DNA of 64,000 nt from Myxococcota bacterium (GTDB lineage Bacteria > Myxococcota_A > Polyangia > Polyangiales > Houyiibacteriaceae), in contig JBCCHE010000022.1 in assembly GCA_039028875.1 (NCBI GenBank), forward strand, positions 5,971 to 69,970, written 5' to 3'. The notes beneath the pieces are model-generated. The model was not told where the DNA came from. It ran no database searches and was given only the letters and a program-made list of their open reading frames with translations. Of the stretch, positions 22,761 through 30,418 are shown piece by piece. Position 1 is the stretch's first letter, and each line of letters opens with the position of its first letter. Made by a program: the position numbers and the translations under genes.

Positions 22761-23563
22761 TCGGACCCCCGAAAGCCATGCCGCTGAAGCACTTCCCGCC
22801 CTTGTTCACTGCGGACGAAGTGGATCCAGGACTCGACCCCCTTGCGCCGTTCGGCGCCGGCGACCGCCCCCACGAAATATGTGGCCTCGACGTTGATGTC
22901 GTCAGGGATGTCGATGGTCCGCGCGCGTTTGGCCGATCGAGCGTCGGTCTCGTAGACGATTGCCGCGTCCGCTTCCCCGAGCTCGACCTTGGCGCGAACC
23001 AGGCGTGCGTTGGGTTCCTCGGACACGATGTGGCGTTTCACCATGGCCGCGCGACTGGCGCCGAGTCGCGGTTCGGCGTTGCGAAGCATGGCACGGGTAT
23101 ATGCGCCGATGGGCGCTTGTTCGGTCCCAACGACGATTCGTTGGGCGCTCGCAAGATCGTCGAACGTCTTGACGCCGGCGGGGTTGTCCGCGGGGACGAC
23201 GATCGCCAGTCGATTGGTCGCAAACGCGACAGGCGCCACGACGGTGCCATCCCTAACCAGTTCTCGGACGTGGGCCTCGTTGGCCGACGCGAACACGTCG
23301 GCTGGCGCGCCTTGCTCGATCTGAAGCCGGAGGGACTGGCTGCCTGCAAACTGGAGGGCGACCCTCTCCTCGGGGTGGGCGGCCTCGAAGGCTTGGGCGA
23401 GCGCCGTGAAACCCTCCGTGAGTGACGACGCGGCGAACACACGAATTGGCTCGGGGCCAGGCTGGCCTACGTGTGGAGAGCACGCCGAAGTGGCAACGAG
23501 GGCGAGCCTCAGGCAAAGCCACCGGCTACGACCGGTCGAAGACACGCGCGAGCAATGAAGCAT
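22757..23563 (-). CDS. modA: Molybdate ABC transporter substrate-binding protein
   Basis: Internal ATG at 23563 gives a signal peptide ([28 protein letters not shown]). ModA-like [11 protein letters not shown] and [12 protein letters not shown]. Confidence 0.82.
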   Translation of the reverse strand: MLHCSRVSSTGRSRWLCLRLALVATSACSPHVGQPGPEPIRVFAASSLTEGFTALAQAFEAAHPEERVALQFAGSQSLRLQIEQGAPADVFASANEAHVRELVRDGTVVAPVAFATNRLAIVVPADNPAGVKTFDDLASAQRIVVGTEQAPIGAYTRAMLRNAEPRLGASRAAMVKRHIVSEEPNARLVRAKVELGEADAAIVYETDARSAKRARTIDIPDDINVEATYFVGAVAGAERRKGVESWIHFVRSEQGREVLQRHGFRGSE

Positions 23564-23741
23564 TGGGATGTGTCCGTCAATCCTGGCCGTCCGTGGGCGT
23601 GCCCAGGGGTCGCCTAGGGCAGCTTGGTCGGACCCCGGTCGCCGAAAATTCACGCTCGAGGGGCGAGGTGCAGCAAGATGCCCGTTCGTCTATGGTGAAC
23701 ATGCGCTCACGTTGTGTAGACGAGCGCGGGAGGTGAGCGAG

Positions 23742-24146
23742 ATGAAGACTTGGCGGATGGGTTTGTTGATCATCGGGGCCTTGGCCTTGGGTGTGGCCGG
23801 TTGCGGCGATGATTCGGATGGAGGCGGAACGGGCAACACCGCAGGAACGGGGAACACCGCAGGATCGGGCACTGGCGGCGCCGGGGGCGGTACAGCCGGC
23901 GGAAGTGCGTGTGCGACCATCTGCGGGAGCGAGTGTGTTGCAGACGTCAGCGGCGCGCCGTCGGGTAGCGTCGAGGAGTGCACCGAATCCTGCAACCAGA
24001 CCGGGATCTACGAAGGCTGCGATTCCGAGGCCGTCGCCTTCGTGCAGTGTCTCGAGGCGATCGACTGCGCGACCGATAGTGCGGATGCGCTTCAGTGTCA
24101 GTCCCAGACCATCGCGTTCTCCACTTGCCTCGGCTCCAACTTCTAG
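23742..24146 (+). CDS. Cys-rich lipoprotein with Gly/Thr/Asn-rich linker
   Basis: GGGAGG RBS 9 nt upstream. MKTWRMGLLIIGALALGVAGCGDD lipobox and 10 further Cys residues. Contains an 18-bp x2 tandem duplication (23826-23861, GTGNTA GTGNTA). Confidence 0.6.
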   Translation: MKTWRMGLLIIGALALGVAGCGDDSDGGGTGNTAGTGNTAGSGTGGAGGGTAGGSACATICGSECVADVSGAPSGSVEECTESCNQTGIYEGCDSEAVAFVQCLEAIDCATDSADALQCQSQTIAFSTCLGSNF

Positions 24147-24161
24147 CCAGCCGCGGGTGAA

Positions 24162-24204
24162 CCCTGACGCCACGGCGCGCCAAGCGTGTCGTGGCGATTC
24201 AGGG
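24162..24204 (+). terminator. Stem-loop between the lipoprotein gene and nnr (possible terminator/attenuator)
   Basis: ccctgaCGCCACG-15 nt-CGTGGCGattcaggg forms ~13 bp with a 2-nt bulge. No U-tract follows. Confidence 0.3.
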
Positions 24205-24216
24205 CATACTCCAGGG

Positions 24217-25722
24217 GTGCAAGCTCTTCTGACCCGAGAACAGGCCCGCGAAGTCGATCGGGTCGCCGTCGACGACTTCGGGGTGGAGAGCCTCGTGCTG
24301 ATGGAGAACGCCGGGCGGGGCGCCGCCGACGCGATCGTCGCGCGCTTTCCGGACCGGCTCGATCGGGTCGTGCTCGTCGGGGGCCCTGGGCAGAACGGGG
24401 GTGATGCCTGGGTCGTCGCGCGGCGTCTTGCGTTGATCGGGTGGCGACCTCTCGCCGTCTTCGTCGGCGACTTGTCTCGGCTACGCGGCGATGCGGCGCC
24501 GAACTGGAAGTTACTCGAGAAGCTCTCGGTTGGGACCCAGGTGATTCGACCGGAGCACACCGACGAACTGGCGGCGCTGCTCGCACAGGCGACCCTCGTC
24601 GTCGACGGGCTCTTTGGCACCGGTCTCGACCGGCCGGTCGAGGGGGGTTACGCCGCCGCGGTACGGGCGATGGACGAGGCGGCCGCGCCCGTGGTCTCGC
24701 TTGACCTTCCCAGCGGGCTCGACGCCAACACCGGGGCGGTTCTTGGCGTTGCGCCCCGCGCCGCGTTGACGGTGACCTTCGCGGGGCTCAAGCGCGGACT
24801 TCATCAGTACCCTGGCGTCGACCATGCGGGCGAAGTCGAGGTCGCCGACATCGGGGTTCCCTCGCGGCATCCCCCCGAGACGGCAGTCTACGCGGCGAGT
24901 GATCTGTCGCGCTTGATCGCACCTCGGCAGGGAGACGCCCACAAGGGCACCAACGGCCACGTGCTCATCGTCGGTGGTTCGCCCGGCAAGACCGGCGCAG
25001 CGCTCCTCGCCGGAAGGGCGGCCTTCCGGAGCGGTGCGGGTCTCGTGACCCTTGGTGCGCGCGCTGACGCGAGAGCCGCTCTCGAAGAGAAGGTGGTCGA
25101 ACTGATGACGACCGAACTCGTCGACGCTCCGACGCAGTCGGCCGTGGAAGCCTTATGTGAAGGGAAGCGTTCAGCGGTCCTCGGGCCAGGGCTCGGCCTC
25201 GACCCGCTTGGCGCCGCTTGGACGGATGCGTTTGTGAGGTACGCGCCCGTGCCGGTTGTGGTCGATGCCGATGCGATCACCAACCTGGGTTCGGGTTTCG
25301 ACGTGCTGACCGAAGCGCGCGGGCCGCGCATTCTCACGCCTCATCCCGGGGAAGCCGCGAGACTTCTCGGGTCGTCGACCCGCGAGGTGCAGTCGGATCG
25401 GTACGCGGCCGCCGAGGAAGTCGCCGCGCGCACGGGGCACACCATCATCTTGAAAGGCGCCCGAAGCATCGTGGCGTCCGCGGGTAGGCTCGGGGTGTGC
25501 AGCGAAGGGACCCCAGCCCTCGGGGTCGCCGGGACCGGGGATGTGCTGAGCGGCGTCGCAGCGACGCTTGCCGTAGCGCTCAACCCTTTCGAAGCCGCCA
25601 TCGGGGCGACGCTGCTGCACGCGCTCGCGGGGCGCGAAGCCACCGTCGGAGATCGCGGTCTCTTGGCCTCCGAAGTCGCGGACGCGGTGCCAGCCGTTCT
25701 CGCGAGATTCGTCGGCCGTTGA
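24217..25722 (+). CDS. nnr: Bifunctional NAD(P)H-hydrate repair enzyme (epimerase / ADP-dependent dehydratase)
   Basis: GTG at 24217 removes the overlap with the upstream gene. N-terminal YjeF_N motifs (MENAGRGAA, GPGQNGGDAWVVAR). C-terminal carbohydrate-kinase motifs (HKGTNGHVLIVGGS, GTGDVLSG). Confidence 0.88.
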   Translation: MQALLTREQAREVDRVAVDDFGVESLVLMENAGRGAADAIVARFPDRLDRVVLVGGPGQNGGDAWVVARRLALIGWRPLAVFVGDLSRLRGDAAPNWKLLEKLSVGTQVIRPEHTDELAALLAQATLVVDGLFGTGLDRPVEGGYAAAVRAMDEAAAPVVSLDLPSGLDANTGAVLGVAPRAALTVTFAGLKRGLHQYPGVDHAGEVEVADIGVPSRHPPETAVYAASDLSRLIAPRQGDAHKGTNGHVLIVGGSPGKTGAALLAGRAAFRSGAGLVTLGARADARAALEEKVVELMTTELVDAPTQSAVEALCEGKRSAVLGPGLGLDPLGAAWTDAFVRYAPVPVVVDADAITNLGSGFDVLTEARGPRILTPHPGEAARLLGSSTREVQSDRYAAAEEVAARTGHTIILKGARSIVASAGRLGVCSEGTPALGVAGTGDVLSGVAATLAVALNPFEAAIGATLLHALAGREATVGDRGLLASEVADAVPAVLARFVGR

Positions 25723-25725
25723 CGA

Positions 25726-25764
25726 CAGCTTGACACGACACCGTGTCACCCCGGCGACAAGCTG
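25726..25764 (+). terminator. Nested hairpin directly after the nnr stop
   Basis: Outer stem CAGCTTG/CAAGCTG (25726-25732 / 25758-25764) encloses inner stem GACACG/CGTGTC (25732-25737 / 25742-25747). No U-tract. Confidence 0.35.
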
Positions 25765-25809
25765 GCGGCCTTGAAGAGCTGAACGCCCTGAAACACAGCG
25801 TTTTCGCGC

Positions 25810-25826
25810 TGGCATCGGGGTTGCAT
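25810..25826 (+). promoter_or_regulatory. Sigma-54 (-24/-12) promoter candidate for the ECF sigma gene
   Basis: TGGCATcggggTTGCAT matches the consensus TGGCAC-N5-TTGC(A/T) at all spacing-critical positions. It lies 27 nt upstream of ATG 25853, with GGAGAA as the RBS in between. Confidence 0.55.
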
Positions 25827-25852
25827 TGAGATCGACTCGGAGAACGAAATCG

Positions 25853-26371
25853 ATGCAGACCCAACAGCAATACGCCGAAGAAATCATGCCCTGCGTCCCC
25901 GAGCTCTCGCGGACGGCCCTTCGATTGACCCGGGGCGGCGCCCTCGCAGACGACTTGGTGCAGGAAACCTTGGCGCGTGCATGGCAGTCGCGCGCGAGCT
26001 TCCAGCCCGGGACCAACGCGCGTGCTTGGACCCATCGGATCCTGTTCAACACCTACGTGAATCACTACCGGAAGAAGAAGCGCGAGCGTCAGGCGCTTGA
26101 CGAAATCCGGGGTTTTCCGCGGATGCCGGCCCGTCAGGTCCACGAAGGCTACGGCGATGAGGTGCTACGCGCCCTCGGAATGTTGCAGCCCGAGTTCCGT
26201 GAGGCCGTGGAGCTCGTGGACGTGGCAGAGCTCTCCTATCAAGACGCTGCCCGCGAATTGGCGTGTCCGATTGGTACGGTCATGTCGCGCCTCCACCGGG
26301 GCCGAAAGCGCCTCCGACACGTGCTTCGGGGCTACGCCGAGCATCAGGGGGTGGTGCGATCCGCGGCCTGA
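25853..26371 (+). CDS. ECF-type RNA polymerase sigma-70 family factor
   Basis: Region 2 (DLVQETLARAW, W..RI..N) and region 4 HTH (LSYQDAARELACPIGTVMSRLHRGRKRL). ATG at 25853 was preferred to the track's TTG at 25826, which lies inside the promoter motif. Confidence 0.85.
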   Translation: MQTQQQYAEEIMPCVPELSRTALRLTRGGALADDLVQETLARAWQSRASFQPGTNARAWTHRILFNTYVNHYRKKKRERQALDEIRGFPRMPARQVHEGYGDEVLRALGMLQPEFREAVELVDVAELSYQDAARELACPIGTVMSRLHRGRKRLRHVLRGYAEHQGVVRSAA

Positions 26372-26468
26372 TCGGGGCTTCTGCCCGCCTCTTCGCCGGC
26401 CCCGCGCACCCAATACCCGACAAAACCGATGTGAAAACCATGGGATATGAGCTAACATAGCGGGAGCC

Positions 26469-26496
26469 TTGACGAATCTCGGCAAAGTTACATATT
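26469..26496 (+). promoter_or_regulatory. Sigma-70-like promoter candidate (TTGACG-16 nt-CATATT) abutting the rhodanese-MoeB start
   Basis: The -35 TTGACG is at 26469-26474 and a -10-like CATATT at 26491-26496. The ATG at 26504 would be at or near the transcript 5' end, so the mRNA could be leaderless. Confidence 0.3.
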
Positions 26497-26503
26497 GCCG
26501 GGC

Positions 26504-27670
26504 ATGGCCAAGACATACGCCGACCTCCTCCAAGAGACCAAGGCTGCCATCCGGCAGGTCTCACTCGAGGACCTCCATGACCGAATGCAGGGAGGCGAAG
26601 AGCTGATCCTGCTCGACGTTCGCGAGAAGGATGAGTGGCGCCAGGGACACGTGCCCGGCGCGGTGCATATCGCGCGCGGCTTTCTCGAGATGCAGGCCGC
26701 CAATCGGCTCCCGGATCGGGATGCGAAGATCGTCACCATGTGTGCGGGTGGCATTCGTTCGGCTTTCGCAGCCAAGGCGCTTCAAGAGCTCGGCTACACG
26801 AACGTCGAATCCGCGAACCCGGGATACAACCAGTGGAAGGACCAAGGGTATCCGACGGAGCAGCCGTTTGCCTTCACCGATGCGCAGCTGAACCGCTACT
26901 CCCGACACTTGCTACTGCCCGAGGTGGGCGAGGCCGGACAGGCCAAGCTCCTTCAAGGACGCGTGCTGTTGTTGGGGGCGGGTGGCCTCGGTTCCCCTGC
27001 GGCGCTCTACTTGGCCGCCGCGGGCGTGGGAACGCTGGGGATCATCGACGCCGACGTGGTCGACGAATCGAACCTCCAGCGCCAGGTGCTCCATGGGCTC
27101 GATCGCGTGGGCGAGTCGAAAGTCGAGAGCGCCAAGAGGACGATCCAGAACCTCAACCCCGACGTCGAAGTGATCACATTCGACGAGCGGCTGAACCGCG
27201 AGAACGTCGACCGGATTTTCGACCAAGGCTGGGACGTCATTGTCGACGGGCTCGACAACTTCGCCACCCGCTACCTCGTAAACGACGCCGCCGTATGGAA
27301 GAAGATCCCCGTCGTCCACGGGTCGATTTTTCGGTTCGATGGTCAGGTCACCACCTTCTCGTCGCCCGAAGGCCCGTGCTACCGGTGCCTGTACCCTGAG
27401 CCGCCACCCCCGCACCTTGCGCCTTCTTGCGCAGAGGCGGGTGTCCTCGGGGTTCTGCCGGGCGCGATCGGCACCCTGCAAGCCACCGAGGCGGCCAAGA
27501 TCGTGCTCGGCTACGGCGAGCCTTTGGTCGGGCGTCTGCTGCAGTACGACTCGACCAACATGACGTTCCGGACCTTCAAGCTCCGTCGCAACAAGGATTG
27601 CCCGGTGTGCGGGGACAACCCAACCATCACCGAGTACGTCGACTACGACGAGTTCTGCGCTGGCGGTTGA
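26504..27670 (+). CDS. Rhodanese-MoeB/ThiF fusion (adenylyltransferase/sulfurtransferase) with the rhodanese domain N-terminal
   Basis: N-terminal rhodanese with active-site loop CAGGIRS (Cys codon 26741-26743). Then RYSRHLLL, GAGGLGSPAALYLAAAGVG (ATP site), CAEAGVLG, and Zn CxxC pairs CYRC and CPVC. Confidence 0.85.
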   Translation: MAKTYADLLQETKAAIRQVSLEDLHDRMQGGEELILLDVREKDEWRQGHVPGAVHIARGFLEMQAANRLPDRDAKIVTMCAGGIRSAFAAKALQELGYTNVESANPGYNQWKDQGYPTEQPFAFTDAQLNRYSRHLLLPEVGEAGQAKLLQGRVLLLGAGGLGSPAALYLAAAGVGTLGIIDADVVDESNLQRQVLHGLDRVGESKVESAKRTIQNLNPDVEVITFDERLNRENVDRIFDQGWDVIVDGLDNFATRYLVNDAAVWKKIPVVHGSIFRFDGQVTTFSSPEGPCYRCLYPEPPPPHLAPSCAEAGVLGVLPGAIGTLQATEAAKIVLGYGEPLVGRLLQYDSTNMTFRTFKLRRNKDCPVCGDNPTITEYVDYDEFCAGG

Positions 27671-27766
27671 TCCCAGAGGGCGCTTGGCTCGGAGGCACGT
27701 CTCGTAGGCCGAGGTGCGCTACCCATCGGTCGGCTATGTGCGAGAACTTCGCCGTGTGGAGGTGAC

Positions 27767-29140
27767 GTGCGGCGCATTCTGATCGTGTTGGTACCAGTGT
27801 GGTTGGGGCTCGCGCCGATCCACGCTGATGGGCAGGGTAGCGAGGAGGCCTTCGACCAGTTCCTCGCGTCTCTCGAGTCGGCGCGGGATGTGATTGTGGC
27901 GCGAACGCCCGAAGACGGGCCAGAGCGAGCCGAAGGACTTCGTCACATCATTCGACTGATCGAGATGCAGAATGCGCCCGCGATGGATGACCACGACGCG
28001 GCGCACCCGCACGTGTCGCGGTGTCCGTCGATCGTCTGCAAGCTCGGGTTCGACAATCCCGACTTCACGTACATCAACGTGGCGCCGATAAGCCCGGACT
28101 ATGCCTATCGCGTGTCGGGGCAGCGCGGGACCGTCCCCTACATCAGCATGCAGGTGTTCGACAATCCCTTCGGTGGCGAAGTCTTCATGACTTCGGAGGA
28201 CCTCGTCGTAGATCAAGAGGGTCGATACGAGTTGATCCTGAGTGCGACGCGGCCCGAAGGGGCGGCCAACTGGATGGAGCTCAAACCTGGCGCGAACCGC
28301 TTCATCATGCGCAACGGGTTCTACGACTGGGACAACGAAATCGAGGCGAGCGTGCGCGTCGAGGTGATCGAAGGGCCGGTGAGCGACTCGGTCCCGCATC
28401 TCAGTGTCGACGAGTTCGTGTCTGACGTTTCCGCCCTGTCGCTGAGGCTTTCATCTATCCCGATGGTGATGCAGGATGCGCGCGACACGTGGCCGTTGAA
28501 CGGGCTCAACGGTCCGAACCCTGAGGTCTTTGGCATCGAGGGTGCTGGGGTTCCGTCGGCGGTCAGCAGTGCTGGGCGGTACGCGTTAGAGGACGGCGAG
28601 GCGATCATTGTTGAAACGCCCATGCCCGACGTCGTTCACGGGGGGATCCAGATCGGCAACCTTTGGATCGAGTCGATCGACTATCAGACTCGGCAAACCT
28701 CGCTCAACTGGTTCCAAAGCTACGCCGACGACGATGGCGTCATTCGGTACGTGTTGGCGGCAGAGGACCCCGGGGTGCCCAACTGGCTCGATACTTCCGG
28801 GCATCCGAGGGGCGGGATCTTCATGCGTTGGCAGAGCCCGGACGCCGACGCGATCCCTGACCTGCCGACGGTGTCTGTCGTGCCCGCGTCTGAGGTCAGG
28901 GCGCGTCTGCCGGCGAACCATCCGGTCGTCTCCCCCGACGAACGGACGGCGATCCTTGCGGCGCGCTACATCGCTGTGAACAAGCGGCGGAACCCAACGG
29001 CGCAGTTCGACGAAGTCGTCGAGCTGGGGGCCGACGCTGGGGGAGGATGCTCGGCTGGTGACTCGCCGCCTCGAGGCGGGTGGGGCGTTGTCGCGCTTCT
29101 GCTCTTGTGGCTGTTTGGTCCCCGTAGAAGGCCTGTCTAG
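27767..29140 (+). CDS. Secreted protein (DUF1214-like core) with MYXO-CTERM-like C-terminal sorting tail
   Basis: Signal peptide MRRILIVLVPVWLGLAPIHADG. The central region (..GFDNPDFTY..) resembles the DUF1214 family, an uncertain call. The C-terminus is GGGCSAGDSPPRGGWGVVALLLLWLFGPRRRPV. Confidence 0.6.
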   Translation: MRRILIVLVPVWLGLAPIHADGQGSEEAFDQFLASLESARDVIVARTPEDGPERAEGLRHIIRLIEMQNAPAMDDHDAAHPHVSRCPSIVCKLGFDNPDFTYINVAPISPDYAYRVSGQRGTVPYISMQVFDNPFGGEVFMTSEDLVVDQEGRYELILSATRPEGAANWMELKPGANRFIMRNGFYDWDNEIEASVRVEVIEGPVSDSVPHLSVDEFVSDVSALSLRLSSIPMVMQDARDTWPLNGLNGPNPEVFGIEGAGVPSAVSSAGRYALEDGEAIIVETPMPDVVHGGIQIGNLWIESIDYQTRQTSLNWFQSYADDDGVIRYVLAAEDPGVPNWLDTSGHPRGGIFMRWQSPDADAIPDLPTVSVVPASEVRARLPANHPVVSPDERTAILAARYIAVNKRRNPTAQFDEVVELGADAGGGCSAGDSPPRGGWGVVALLLLWLFGPRRRPV

Positions 29141-29281
29141 AGGCCGGTAGACCGGCATCTGTCTAGCTGATTCGCCTTCGTACCCGAAGCGCGTGGGCGC
29201 GACGCGGGCGCAGCGCGTCAGGCGCTCGACGCGGCCGCACCACATTCGTCTCGACGCGCGATAACCGATACACTGTGAAGC

Positions 29282-30151
29282 ATGGGGGCGAGGTTCTTGG
29301 GGCTCTTGCTGGCACTGGCATGGCTGGTCGGATGCCAAGACGATGCGGCGGTTCGGCGGGCGAGTGAGCACCTCGTCGCCGTGGACCAGCCGCGCATCGA
29401 GGCACTCGTGCAGGAGGATCTCGAAAAACACCAGGCCGGCGTCGTGAAGGCGGCGCAAAAGTTGGCTCCCGGCTTTGCCGTGGAGGATCCGAGGAAGCGC
29501 GAGAAACAGATGCGTGCCGCCTTGCGGATCCTCCAGCAGCCCAAGAAAGGGATCGACGAGTTTGTGGCGTCGCCGATGTCGTTCTTGGCTGCGCTCGACG
29601 TCAACGGCATCGTGGTGGCGCGGGATCGCGAACCCGATCGCATGAAGGGTCAGGACTATGGCGCGCGTTTCGAAGTCGTGCGCGAGGCGCTCGCTGGGAA
29701 TGCGGCCACGGGCCTTGGGGAGTTCTTCGCGGAGGACCCCAATGCGCCTTCCTCGTGGTCGCTTCTTTTTGCCGCCCCGGCCATGCGAGAAGGAAAAGTG
29801 GTTGGCGCGGTGGTGGTCGGCATCCCGTTGTGGCGACTTGCACAACGCCTCAGCCGCCAACTCCGTGTCGAACAAGCCGGCGAGTCCCCGCCCTGGGTCT
29901 ACCTCTACAAGGGCGACCGAGTGTTCCACTGGGACACGCCTCCCCAGATCGATGCACTCATTCCAGCCCCCGAGCAGCGGGCCAAAGTCCTCGCCGCCTC
30001 GTCGAGCGGCTACACCGACAAAGTCATCCTCCAGGGCAACCCCGAGGTCTACGGTGTCTTCCCGCTCCCCCTCCTAGGCCCCAACCTAGGCACCATCATC
30101 TTCCGCACCCCGGGGTCACTCCGCACCCCCACCTCCCCAACAATTCCATAG
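29282..30151 (+). CDS. Hypothetical lipoprotein
   Basis: MGARFLGLLLALAWLVGCQDD lipobox. 289 aa with no recognised domain. The last ~13 codons lie inside repeat copy A. Confidence 0.6.
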   Translation: MGARFLGLLLALAWLVGCQDDAAVRRASEHLVAVDQPRIEALVQEDLEKHQAGVVKAAQKLAPGFAVEDPRKREKQMRAALRILQQPKKGIDEFVASPMSFLAALDVNGIVVARDREPDRMKGQDYGARFEVVREALAGNAATGLGEFFAEDPNAPSSWSLLFAAPAMREGKVVGAVVVGIPLWRLAQRLSRQLRVEQAGESPPWVYLYKGDRVFHWDTPPQIDALIPAPEQRAKVLAASSSGYTDKVILQGNPEVYGVFPLPLLGPNLGTIIFRTPGSLRTPTSPTIP

Positions 30152-30199
30152 ACTTACAATCCGCACCGCGAAAACCCATCCGACCCCGCGCCACCCGAA
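30111..30199 (+). repeat. Boxed repeat element, copy A
   Basis: box1 cggggtcactccgc (30111-30124), 36-bp spacer, box2 ccgcaccgcgaaaaccca (30161-30178), then gcgccacccgaa (30188-30199). Confidence 0.85.
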
Positions 30200-30326
30200 C
30201 GGGGTCACTCCGCCCACCTACGTCCCCAACAATTTCATGGTCTTGTAGCCCGCACCGCGAAAACCCAATGGCTTAGGCGCGGACGCCCACCGCCACGTCC
30301 CAGTTCGACATCGGCGCCACCCGAAA
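30200..30326 (+). repeat. Boxed repeat element, copy B (direct; longer tail)
   Basis: box1 30200-30213, 36-bp spacer, box2 30250-30267. The tail box gcgccacccgaa is displaced to 30314-30325. The start lies 89 bp after the start of copy A. Confidence 0.85.
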
Positions 30327-30350
30327 CACGAAGGGGCGGCGGGTGTTTTT

Positions 30351-30418
30351 TGGGTTTTCGCGGTGCGGCGTCGAAGCCGTTGGAATCAAGAGGGTTTTGG
30401 GGGGGCGGAGTGACCCCG
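30351..30418 (-). repeat. Boxed repeat element, copy C (inverted)
   Basis: Reverse complement of box2 (tgggttttcgcggtgcgg, 30351-30368), 36-bp spacer, reverse complement of box1 (gcggagtgaccccg, 30405-30418). It overlaps the last codons of the MscS-family gene and is preceded by T6 at 30346-30351. Confidence 0.85.

Noticed and set aside
23564-23741. Molybdenum-cofactor riboswitch or ModE box upstream of modA.
   Set aside because: I could not find the conserved Moco-RNA motifs or a ModE-type TATAT-containing palindrome by eye. An Infernal/Rfam scan would be needed to decide this.
23791-24216. A 142-codon N-terminal extension of the nnr ORF that overlaps the Cys-rich lipoprotein gene.
   Set aside because: The extension is Ala/Arg/Pro/Ser-rich and unlike YjeF_N proteins. 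The GTG at 24217 begins exactly at the conserved N-terminal domain.
26504-27670. The ThiF/MoeB-like E1 as part of a bacterial ubiquitin-like conjugation or defence operon.
   Set aside because: No E2-like, JAB/DUB or small beta-grasp gene is adjacent. The protein has canonical MoeB Zn and catalytic motifs plus a rhodanese domain, which fits sulfur-carrier activation.
30111-30418. The boxed repeats as an autonomous insertion sequence or prophage remnant.
   Set aside because: No transposase, integrase or terminal target duplication is visible. The element is too short to be autonomous, so it is reported only as a non-autonomous repeat.
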